Both the position numbers and the translations under genes were made by a program. Under the pieces are notes generated by a model. That model did not search any database, was not told the origin of the DNA, and worked only from the letters and a program-made list of their open reading frames with translations. A stretch of DNA of 64,000 nt from Candidatus Dadabacteria bacterium. Its GTDB lineage: Bacteria; Desulfobacterota_D; UBA1144; Nemesobacterales; CSP1-2. The stretch is from positions 256,001 through 320,000 of the forward strand of contig CAWDVW010000005.1 of NCBI GenBank assembly GCA_963805855.1, in the 5' to 3' direction. This document shows, piece by piece, positions 53,343 through 61,557 of this stretch (positions within the stretch are counted from its first letter, which is position 1; the number at the start of each line of letters is the position of its first letter).

Positions 53343-54887
53343 TCAGACATTTAAGGCCGGAAGCAGTAGGATTCGAGGCAAGCGAGGCACTAGACCACGA
53401 TTCAGAGGCACAGGCACTTCGCGGACCTCGACGATCATGAAACCCTGTCTTAGCGCTCGGGCTTTGTAAATATGGGAAAGAAATGTCGGAAAACCCGCTC
53501 TAAACTCATAACTGCCCCGCGGCAATGCTGCCAAACGTAGCCCCAGGGTTTTAATGGCGAGAAACCTCTGCGGACCATAAAACTCTATGAATCGCCCCAC
53601 CTGGCAGAAAACAAGACAATCGGAATTAGCTTTACGTATCAATTGCCAGTACTGAGAATTAAACGTGCGAGCTCGCAAGATACCACGATCATTCCATCGC
53701 TTCTCAATTAACCAACCGGACCGCTGGAAAAGAGCCGAAAGCCACCCGTGCCGCTTCCACGTCTCTTCCCATTGCCTGAGTCCTAAACCATGTTGCAGGT
53801 GACCGGCATAGGAGGCCAATACCGAATTCAATCTCTTTACACTGCCGTTTTTGTCGTGCCGACTGAGATCGATGCATTTAGCTTTTCCGTGCCAGGCTGG
53901 CTCGACTACCGAGCGCTCAAACGCACCCAAACGCTTCTTTAGATTTCCCAATGTACGCCGACGTGGCAGGCGTCGATTCCACCAGGTCTTCCACCCGACA
54001 AAATCGATGCCATTCCCAACCGAAAATGGAGTAGATATGTCGCTCCGAATCTCAAGCTTTAACCCCTCATGTAGGAAAATCGCAATAGATTTGGCCCAAT
54101 CAGCTAATAACTCCCTGTCTTGTGCCAGCAAAATCATGTCGTCCACGTAACGCAGGTAATATTTGCTCTTAAGAGTCCGCTTCATAAACTGATCGAGTTC
54201 ATTCAGAAATACATTTCCCCAGAATTGACTAGTGAGATTACCGATAGGAAGCCCTCGCTCGTTCTGTCTTCCGAAAAGGCTCTTGTGAGGTGGTACTGGG
54301 TAGCCAGGAGTCCCGGGCGCGCCCACGTCTTTTCTAAGTGACTTAAAGCGGTAGTTAGTCGTTGGGTCATGAAATAGAAGAATACCAGTAAGCCAGAGCA
54401 ACTCAGGATTGGTGATGTTGCGGGAAATTATTTGGAACAGCGTTTCTTTGTGGATTGATGGGAAAAAATTAGCCACATCAAGCTTCAAGGCCCATGCCGG
54501 CCGCTTTCCATTGGCCGTTATTTTTCTGAGAAAGAGCATCAGCCTGTCGCTCGCGGCCAGGCTTCCCTTCCCTTTTCGGCACGCATACGAGTCATGGATG
54601 AAACGAAACTCGAATATTCGCTCCTGGTGAGAAACAAGGAGGTGATGCACCACGCGGTCTCGAAAATCGGCGGCAAATACCTCACGCGGCTTCGGACCGT
54701 CGGTGATGAAGCAGATAGAACGCCCCGGCTTGTAAGTGTGATCCCGTAGCTCTTTACTTAAAGCGAGAAGGTTTGCCTCGGCGTTTATCTCGAAGGTGAG
54801 GGCATTGGCTGTATTGCGCTTGTTGCGGCGGCACTGGCGGTAGCACCGCCACAAAGCGCTGAAGGAATAGACGTCAGGTCCTATCAC
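53343..54887 (-). CDS. DGR reverse transcriptase with C-terminal MutS domain-I-like fusion
   Basis: PKPREVFAADFRDRVVHH, DSYACRKGKG, LKLDVANFFPSI, GLPIGNLTSQ (DGR SQ motif), LRYVDD and GIDFVG. From about aa 410: QYWQL...LVFCQVGRFIEFY...LGL...AGFP...QGFMI. Confidence 0.95.
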   Translation of the reverse strand: MIGPDVYSFSALWRCYRQCRRNKRNTANALTFEINAEANLLALSKELRDHTYKPGRSICFITDGPKPREVFAADFRDRVVHHLLVSHQERIFEFRFIHDSYACRKGKGSLAASDRLMLFLRKITANGKRPAWALKLDVANFFPSIHKETLFQIISRNITNPELLWLTGILLFHDPTTNYRFKSLRKDVGAPGTPGYPVPPHKSLFGRQNERGLPIGNLTSQFWGNVFLNELDQFMKRTLKSKYYLRYVDDMILLAQDRELLADWAKSIAIFLHEGLKLEIRSDISTPFSVGNGIDFVGWKTWWNRRLPRRRTLGNLKKRLGAFERSVVEPAWHGKAKCIDLSRHDKNGSVKRLNSVLASYAGHLQHGLGLRQWEETWKRHGWLSALFQRSGWLIEKRWNDRGILRARTFNSQYWQLIRKANSDCLVFCQVGRFIEFYGPQRFLAIKTLGLRLAALPRGSYEFRAGFPTFLSHIYKARALRQGFMIVEVREVPVPLNRGLVPRLPRILLLPALNV

Positions 54888-55020
54888 GAGCCACCACGAA
54901 CTGGAAGTACGAAGTTGTTGTTGGTCTTATTGTTGTTGTTCACGTTGCCATTGTTGAAATTGACGTTCCATGCGTTGTTCGGGTTGTTGGCGTTTGTAGT
55001 AGACGACCAGTAGTTGGATG
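54883..55020 (-). repeat. DGR template repeat (TR), 138 nt
   Basis: AAC/AAT-rich (18 AAY codons); aligns end to end with the VR at 55870-56010. Confidence 0.96.
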
Positions 55021-55182
55021 CGGCACATACCCTCTCCGCTTGTTCCTGCACACTTTCAGTAAAACTATGCACAGACCCGGGTAACTGACTCCGGTCCATA
55101 GGGAGAAAGATACCCTTGTGCCTAGGCTCCGCCACGGAGCTTTGGCGTTCGCCTGACCTCAGGCGGGAGAGGGACCTCGTGA

Positions 55183-55581
55183 TCACGGCGCGCTCGACCC
55201 GGCTAGCCCTGTTGGCATTGCCTGCCGATCCTGGCCATGGCCCTGACGTTTCAACCAACCTTCATTCTGCTTCGCTATCTCAGTCACTAAACTAATTGCG
55301 TGCTCGAAAGAATTGAAGTTCGGAAATGCCTTCACATCGTGGCACAGCCGAAGCAAGACCTTAAGCTCTTCCAGCACTTCTCTCAATTCTAAAAGGGTCT
55401 GTTCCTTGTCGCGGCGGGAATTTGCCCTCACGACGAGCTTTAAGACCTCCCTTGCACCGTTTCTAAGATCTGCCCCTATCGAATACTTGTGGTAGCGAGA
55501 GAAATTGCGAATTACCTGCTCAAAGTAGAGACATAGATCATATGCACTCTTGTAAATTGGTAAATGCTCTGTTTGAGCCAT
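55183..55581 (-). CDS. avd: Avd accessory variability determinant (four-helix bundle protein)
   Basis: HLPIYKSAYDL, FSRYHKYSIGADLR, LKVLLRLC and IAKQNEGW motifs; position upstream of TR; GGAGAGG RBS. Confidence 0.92.
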   Translation of the reverse strand: MAQTEHLPIYKSAYDLCLYFEQVIRNFSRYHKYSIGADLRNGAREVLKLVVRANSRRDKEQTLLELREVLEELKVLLRLCHDVKAFPNFNSFEHAISLVTEIAKQNEGWLKRQGHGQDRQAMPTGLAGSSAP

Positions 55582-55800
55582 TAGATCCTCTCCGGAGATT
55601 ATCCTTCAATCGATCATAAATTGAGTCGCACTGATAAATTCGTGCCTACAATGCTCCGACCCTTCCCCGATTTTATCGGGGATTGAGTAAAAATGTAGGG
55701 ACTGATGCCCGCTTCAGTCCGAAAGCTCGTTCGGGGAACGAGCCCTACATTTTCTCATGCTTCGACAAGCCTGAGCAAAGCCGAAGGGCTCAGCATGAAC

Positions 55801-55819
55801 GGGTGGGAAACTCCCACCC
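55801..55819. other. GC-rich hairpin/cruciform downstream of VR (candidate DGR homing element)
   Basis: GGGTGGGA-AAC-TCCCACCC, a perfect 8-bp stem about 50 nt past the target stop codon. Confidence 0.7.
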
Positions 55820-55869
55820 ACAACCCCACCAAGATCAAATTATCAAATTGTCAAATGATCAAATAACCA

Positions 55870-56010
55870 ATCACGAGCCACCACGAACTGGAAGTACGAA
55901 GACGCTGAGGGTGGCCTTAATGCTGAAGCTCACGACGCCAATGACGAAATCGACGACCCACGCGAAGACCGGGCCGTTGGCGACCGTAGTAGACGACCAG
56001 TAGAAGGATG
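55870..56010 (-). repeat. DGR variable repeat (VR), 141 nt, at the 3' end of the target gene
   Basis: 30 substitutions versus TR, all at TR adenines, plus one GCC codon insertion; the 3'-terminal segment of about 30 nt is identical to TR. Confidence 0.96.
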
Positions 56011-56584
56011 GCTGAAAGTTCATGAATGGGTGGCCAGTCGGCAACGCTGGATTAAAGTTTCCAAGATCAAGCAGGCTCGTCAAGTTCATTCCGGTTCGGC
56101 AAATACCAATCCCCTTCAGCGGAACCATCCATAAGGCCACATTCTCCGCTATTTAGAGTATTCGCATCTGTTAACGCTTGCGCCCACGTGCGAGGCCCGA
56201 AACAGTTCGCGTTCTTTAGCCAAATAAGCCCTGTCAGATTATCTGTGATCGTCCCATCCATGTTATCCATAAACCGCGGGTCCGGTGGCACTGGACTCCC
56301 GCCTGAATATCACCATCGTGCTCCAGTGTTGGCGCAATCTATAACATTTCCACCAGAGTCCAGAAGTAGTCTGACCAGTCTGCGGCACTGGAGCAGGCGG
56401 CTGCGCCTCACACGCTGCAAGATCAGCATCGCACGCTACCGAGGTTATCTTGGCAGATTGCAAGATTGATGCGCTACGAGAGAACAGCCTGGTGGCTGCG
56501 CATGTGCTATACCTCGCCCACGACACCGCTCCCACTAAACCCAAGACAAAATGATATAAATAACATAAGAAATACCTTTTTCAT
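55871..56584 (-). pseudogene. DGR target: exported DUF1566/Lcl-C-terminal (C-type lectin fold) protein, broken by multiple frameshifts
   Basis: AGGAGG RBS, signal-like MKKVFLMLF, then PVPQTGQTT / DGDIQAGV / PRFMDNMDGTITDNLTGLIW / DWYLPNRNEL / SLLD..PALP.GHPF / YWSSTT..AW.VDF..VLPVRGG spread over different frames. Confidence 0.85.
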
Positions 56585-57138
56585 GGCATTTTACCTCCTC
56601 TGGTTATCATTCATATATTTGAGTCAACTTGTGCTTTAATATAAAATTCCTGTATCGATTAATATCCTCTGCCCCGGTTACGTTAGTATGCAATCCGACT
56701 TGAGCCATGTATAGATTTCACATTTTTACGGAATAAAGTAATGGGATTAGAAAATAAGATAGCTGCGGATAAGTGCTTCAGATTGATACAGCTTGCGGTT
56801 GATAAGGACTCATAAAAAAACAGTTCCCTCAGGCCCCAAGTGGGAATTTGTCGCTGCACCAACTCCACGACTATCCTCCACCGAAAGTTGTATTCAACGT
56901 TACCAGATTCAGCGCTGAAAGATGCAAATAGAAAACAATTTAAGAAAGATAGGGATTGCTCGGGACATGTCCCGCTAAACAAACATCAGTCAGGGGCAAA
57001 TCTAGAATCCACAATAACTGCTTTTAGGAATGTCTGAGATTTTTTCGGATTTCTTCAAGATTGAAATAAGATCCTGAGTCGCAATAACTCCCTGCTTTGG
57101 CAATGAGACGCGAGATTGATGCGTCATCTACCGTAATC

Positions 57139-57259
57139 GGCGTTCCAAAAATTGCGTTAAGAAAATAATGAACGGAGACGTTAAGAAAAATTTGCGGGTT
57201 GTGGCCGGATTAAATTTTTTAGTCGGAGTTCATGATTTTTAGCGAATTTTTGGGGAGCC
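57139..57259 (+). repeat. MITE-like repeat family B, copy (121 bp)
   Basis: Same length and ends as 45002-45122; same downstream CTTTGTATCAAGACAAAG hairpin. Confidence 0.8.
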
Positions 57260-57461
57260 TTGATTTTTGCTTCTTTGTATCAAGACAAAGAAGTTAAAAA
57301 GAGAGGTAAGATAATTGAACAAAATACTATTAAGGACTCTTTCCGCGGATTATCTTGCTTTTTCAGCAACAACATGTATAGAGAAACCCTGAAAGGAATG
57401 ATCAAGTTAACGGAAATGATCCCCGCTATGCCGGATTTACCGAAATGATATAATCTTTTAG

Positions 57462-59234
57462 ATGAACCCGATCAAGAATAAAGCGACTGCCGCTTTACTA
57501 TTGTTTCTAATTTCCTTTTTCTTATACTCGCCCTCACTCAGAAACGATTTTGTATGGGATGACATTGAGGTTATTCAAAAGAGCTATCATAGTTTTAAGG
57601 CATCACGTATTAAAGCCATATTATTCCCTGAGGCAAAACAGGACAAAACCCAGCGCTACTATAGACCCATAATATTTGTATCAACGGTCACAGACCATGA
57701 GTTTTGGGGAATAAATCCTTTCGGTTTTCACCTTAGTAATCTCCTGCTCAATTCTATCTCCACAATGCTTCTTTATTTTTTACTGCTTCTCATTTTTGGG
57801 AGATTTTCAGTCGAAGGAAAAGAATCCATATCCTTTTTCACCGCCCTACTCTTCGCGGTCTATCCGATGCATGTAGAATCGGTGTCCTGGATAGCGGGAA
57901 GGACTGATATTCTCTGCGGTATTTTTTTCATACTTGCATTAATCCTTCATATCGAATCCTTTCATACCATTTGGCTTCTGATACTGACGGCACTCAGCTT
58001 TTCCCTTTCTCTACTTTCGAAAGAAGTTGCTTTATCGTTTCCTGTCGTGGTGATTTCGTTCGATCTCTTAACCCGACGGATAAGAAATCGATTCAACATA
58101 TTACGATACACAGTTTACATCTCGCTTGCCCTACTTTACTTATACTTGCGGGGAAGAGCATTCATTAATCCTATAGAATTTACGAATGAAAATATCCGTC
58201 AGATAACCGAAGGTAAATATTATTTTTTCAACATAATTAAAACTTTTAAGGTCCTTTCAAGCTCTCTCTTCTTCTATTTTAGCAAACTTGTTTTCCCATT
58301 CGATTTCAATGCTTTTATTATTTCGGTGCCACATGAATTCTACTACTTCATATTCTCAATAACGACGATTTTACTTTTATTCATCGTCGCCGTGATATCC
58401 ATAAAACAGGGGAAGGGTTTAATTGCCTTCTGTATAATCTGGATATTTGCGACGCTTGCGCCATCGGCCATCGTTTCAGTCACAAGTTTAGCCTCCGCAC
58501 CCCTGGCAGAGAGATACCTGTATATTCCATCAGCCGGTTACTGCATGATTATCGGTTATCTACTATTTGAAGTAGCGAAAAGAATTGGCAAAGAGAATAT
58601 CGCTTTTGCCCTGATCGTAATATTAATTTCAATCTATCTATTTTTTACTCTTCAAAGACAGGAGGTGTGGAAAGACAATTTGTCACTCTGGAAAGACACC
58701 GCATCCAAATCATACTATCATGCACTACCCCATTCGAATTATGGATATGCACTGGAAAAAGCCGGTAGGACTGATGACGCTATAAAGCAATATGAAATCG
58801 CCCTTGATCCAAGTGTCAGAGACTCAAATAGAGGTAGAGCAATCACTGCAACGAATCTGGGAGTCTTATATCTCGATAAAGAAGATTATGCAAATGCCGA
58901 GAGGTGGTTTAGGAAAGCTCTAAAGTATGATCCTACTTACGGAAGACCATATTATCACATGGGTCTTTTACACTATATAAAGGGTGAATTAACAAACTCA
59001 GAGTCAGAATATAGAATAGCGGCAAGATACCTAGAAAAGACCTTTGAGATATATCGGTATTATCCGAAGGCAGATCTACTATTTGCGAAAGTTTACTTCA
59101 ACCTCGGTTACAATGACAAAGCAAAACGGCACGCTAAAAAGGCATTACAAGGCGGTCTGAGCGAAGCTTTATCCAAAGAGGCCATGGAAATCCTAAATAT
59201 AGATGATGATAAGAGTAATCAAAAACCAAATTAA
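57462..59234 (+). CDS. TMTC-like membrane glycosyltransferase (GT-C) with C-terminal TPR repeats
   Basis: FVWDD, YYRP, ESVSWIAGRTD, LLSKE, AERYLYIPS, VWKDNLSLW motifs and TPRs. Confidence 0.85.
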   Translation: MNPIKNKATAALLLFLISFFLYSPSLRNDFVWDDIEVIQKSYHSFKASRIKAILFPEAKQDKTQRYYRPIIFVSTVTDHEFWGINPFGFHLSNLLLNSISTMLLYFLLLLIFGRFSVEGKESISFFTALLFAVYPMHVESVSWIAGRTDILCGIFFILALILHIESFHTIWLLILTALSFSLSLLSKEVALSFPVVVISFDLLTRRIRNRFNILRYTVYISLALLYLYLRGRAFINPIEFTNENIRQITEGKYYFFNIIKTFKVLSSSLFFYFSKLVFPFDFNAFIISVPHEFYYFIFSITTILLLFIVAVISIKQGKGLIAFCIIWIFATLAPSAIVSVTSLASAPLAERYLYIPSAGYCMIIGYLLFEVAKRIGKENIAFALIVILISIYLFFTLQRQEVWKDNLSLWKDTASKSYYHALPHSNYGYALEKAGRTDDAIKQYEIALDPSVRDSNRGRAITATNLGVLYLDKEDYANAERWFRKALKYDPTYGRPYYHMGLLHYIKGELTNSESEYRIAARYLEKTFEIYRYYPKADLLFAKVYFNLGYNDKAKRHAKKALQGGLSEALSKEAMEILNIDDDKSNQKPN

Positions 59235-60050
59235 AACACAAACGAGTAGCCATTTGTCATTGAAAAAGGACTCTGTGGGATCACCCATTTTCAAGGTTTT
59301 TACTAAATACACGTAACGGATGACTCCAAAGCATACGAACGGAATTGTGATCAAAAAGTCCCAACTCCCCCTGCTAAACGAGTAGAGAGAATAGGAAACG
59401 ATCGCAGCTATTCCGAGGAATACCAAAAGCCGATCAAGATGCACCACCTTGTATCTGCCTAGAACCCCCCTTAACTTATTTTCTTCTTGTTGCGACCCAA
59501 GCTCAAAACGCCTCTTTCCAAATGCGAGGAGCAGAGAGAGTATTACGGTCATGATTATGAGCCACGATGAGACATTAACCGAAGAAGCAGCTCCTCCGGC
59601 TTCAACCCTCAGCAAGAAACCGATAGCAATGCTAACGACGTCAACGAACGCGATGTACTGAAGAAATAGCGAGTAAGCCATGTTAAGGAGAAGATAGAGT
59701 ATGAGAAAAAAGATAAACGGCTTACCGAAACTTAGTGAGAGCACGATCGATATGACAAATGTCAAACAGGCCAAAATTATCGCAGATCTCTTACCTAGGG
59801 TATCCGAAGCAATCGGACGAAATTTCTTAGTAGGGTGGGCAATGTCCTCCTGTTTATCGAAAATATCGTTTATTATGTAGACGGTTGAAGAAACGAGAGA
59901 AAAGGCCATGAATGCTTGCACCATCATAAAAAAAAAGTCAAGACGTGAAAATAACACGTCACCAAAAAAGGGAGGAGCAAGAACCAATAGATTCTTTACC
60001 CATTGATGCGTCCTAAGAGCAAGGAGATAGGTTTTAATCGAACCTTTCAT
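59193..60050 (-). CDS. UbiA family prenyltransferase (decaprenyl-phosphate phosphoribosyltransferase-like)
   Basis: RTHQWVKNLLV, YIINDIFD..EDIAHPTKKFRPIAS, FGKRR.EL and GDPT motifs. Confidence 0.88.
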   Translation of the reverse strand: MKGSIKTYLLALRTHQWVKNLLVLAPPFFGDVLFSRLDFFFMMVQAFMAFSLVSSTVYIINDIFDKQEDIAHPTKKFRPIASDTLGKRSAIILACLTFVISIVLSLSFGKPFIFFLILYLLLNMAYSLFLQYIAFVDVVSIAIGFLLRVEAGGAASSVNVSSWLIIMTVILSLLLAFGKRRFELGSQQEENKLRGVLGRYKVVHLDRLLVFLGIAAIVSYSLYSFSRGSWDFLITIPFVCFGVIRYVYLVKTLKMGDPTESFFNDKWLLVCVLIWFLITLIIIYI

Positions 60051-60116
60051 AGTGGTATCATTCTACTAATTATTTATCCAACGGCAACGATGCCGAACAC
60101 TCTTTGCCGATAACAT

Positions 60117-60800
60117 ATGAATTATTTACTCCAACATAAATTCTTCAAGATAGCCCATCGCGGTGCGAGTGCGTATGAACCCGAAAACACTCTTCGATCA
60201 TTTAAACTGGCGTTTGATATGAAAGCCGATATGATAGAACTCGATGTTAGATTGTCTAAAGACGGACATCTTGTGGTTATTCACGATAGAACTGTTGATA
60301 GGACTACAAACGGACGTGGTTATGTTAAAGATATGACACTCGAGGAACTAAAGAAGCTCGATGCCGGAAAAGGTGAAAAAATACCAACCTTAGAAGAAGT
60401 AATCGAAGTTGGCGTAGAAAAAACGAAATTCGCGATTGAAATAAAGGAGCAAGGAACAGAGGAAAAGGCAATAGGCCTGATAAAAGAATATAAATTGTTA
60501 GATGACGTATTCATCATATCTAAGAACCGGGAGTTCCTCAAAAACGTGAAAACTCTAGAAGGAGCCATAAGAACCTGCCTAATTACGGTTTTTTCCTGTA
60601 CTTCAATAAATTCCGGCAGGGAATCTCTTGCCGATGCCATCGCACCATTTCACTTCTTCATCAGTAAAGGCCTAGTGAAAAAAGTACAGAGAAGCGGTCT
60701 GTTTTTATTTACATGGGTCGTAGACAGCGAAAAAAGGGCTCTATGGATGAAAGATATAGGAATAAATGGAATAGTTACGAATAGACCGGATATCATTTAG
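60117..60800 (+). CDS. Glycerophosphodiester phosphodiesterase
   Basis: AHRGAS..EPENTL, IELDV, HDRTVDRTTNG, IEIK and GIVTNRPD motifs. Confidence 0.93.
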   Translation: MNYLLQHKFFKIAHRGASAYEPENTLRSFKLAFDMKADMIELDVRLSKDGHLVVIHDRTVDRTTNGRGYVKDMTLEELKKLDAGKGEKIPTLEEVIEVGVEKTKFAIEIKEQGTEEKAIGLIKEYKLLDDVFIISKNREFLKNVKTLEGAIRTCLITVFSCTSINSGRESLADAIAPFHFFISKGLVKKVQRSGLFLFTWVVDSEKRALWMKDIGINGIVTNRPDII

Positions 60801-60861
60801 TCTTCCCTTGCCGCCTTGACTTGCATTCCTTTGTTTCTTATTTTTATTCAAAGGATACGAT

Positions 60862-61557
60862 ATGGGGATTCTTAGAGAAATCAAATCGGACTTTAATGCG
60901 GTATTTGAAAGGGATCCAGCTGCAAGAACTAACCTGGAAGTTATATTCACATACTCCGGATTTCAAGCAATATTTTTTCATCGCTTGGCACATTGGCTCT
61001 GGCAAAAAAGAATGAAACTGATTGGCAGATGCTTATCGCATCTTTCTAGATTTACCACGGGTATTGAGATCCATCCCGGCGCTAAAATCGGAAATAGCTT
61101 CTTTATCGACCATGGGATGGGCGTTGTGATAGGAGAGACGTCTGAGATCGGAAACAACGTGACCATATATCATGGAGTTACTCTTGGCGGCACCAGCTTC
61201 ACTAGGGGAAAACGTCATCCAACAATCGAAAATAATGTTACCATCGGCGCAGGAGCAAAAATTTTAGGCCCACTCAAGATTGGGGATAACAGTAAAATCG
61301 GGGCAAACTCCGTCGTAATCAAAGACGTACCGCCCAATACTACGGTCGTCGGAATCCCTGGGAAAATAGTTACAAAGGAAGAATTTCCCGTTTATTCAGG
61401 CCTTGAGCACAATAAATTGCCAGACCCGGAAGCACTCATGTTGCAGTCGCTGGTAGAACAAGTAAACAAACTTGAAAAAAGAATTAAAACTTTAGAAACC
61501 GAACTTAAAGAAACCAAAGAAGAAAACAGAGTCTTAAAGGTTGTCAAAACAAAGTGA
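60862..61557 (+). CDS. cysE: Serine O-acetyltransferase
   Basis: [36 protein letters not shown] and LPDP motifs. Confidence 0.96.
   Translation: MGILREIKSDFNAVFERDPAARTNLEVIFTYSGFQAIFFHRLAHWLWQKRMKLIGRCLSHLSRFTTGIEIHPGAKIGNSFFIDHGMGVVIGETSEIGNNVTIYHGVTLGGTSFTRGKRHPTIENNVTIGAGAKILGPLKIGDNSKIGANSVVIKDVPPNTTVVGIPGKIVTKEEFPVYSGLEHNKLPDPEALMLQSLVEQVNKLEKRIKTLETELKETKEENRVLKVVKTK

Larger units (their letters stand above)
53343..56599 (-). mobile_element. Diversity-generating retroelement cassette (target/VR - hairpin - avd - TR - RT)
   Basis: DGR-type RT, Avd, TR/VR pair differing only at adenines, DUF1566-type target and GC hairpin, all on the minus strand. Confidence 0.97.

Noticed and set aside
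53343-54887. RT as a group II intron, retron or CRISPR-associated RT
   Set aside because: The GNLTSQ motif, adjacent avd and a TR/VR pair define a DGR. No intron domain V, msr/msd or cas genes were seen.
54884-55258. 124-aa Asn-rich ORF
   Set aside because: This is the translation of the DGR spacer and TR (AAC codons) and it overlaps avd; there is no evidence that it is a protein.
55683-56469. Plus-strand ORFs 55683-56003 and 56188-56469
   Set aside because: They are antisense to the DGR target/VR and to a REP-like repeat.
52290-57300. Composite transposon formed by family B repeats around the TA-DGR islet
   Set aside because: The left copy is partial, no target duplication or transposase was seen, and these repeats are common in intergenic gaps across the window.
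56683-57448. Short ORFs and a possible riboswitch upstream of the DGR target
   Set aside because: I could not recognise any protein or RNA family motif; the ORF at 57260 begins at the hairpin tag of a repeat.
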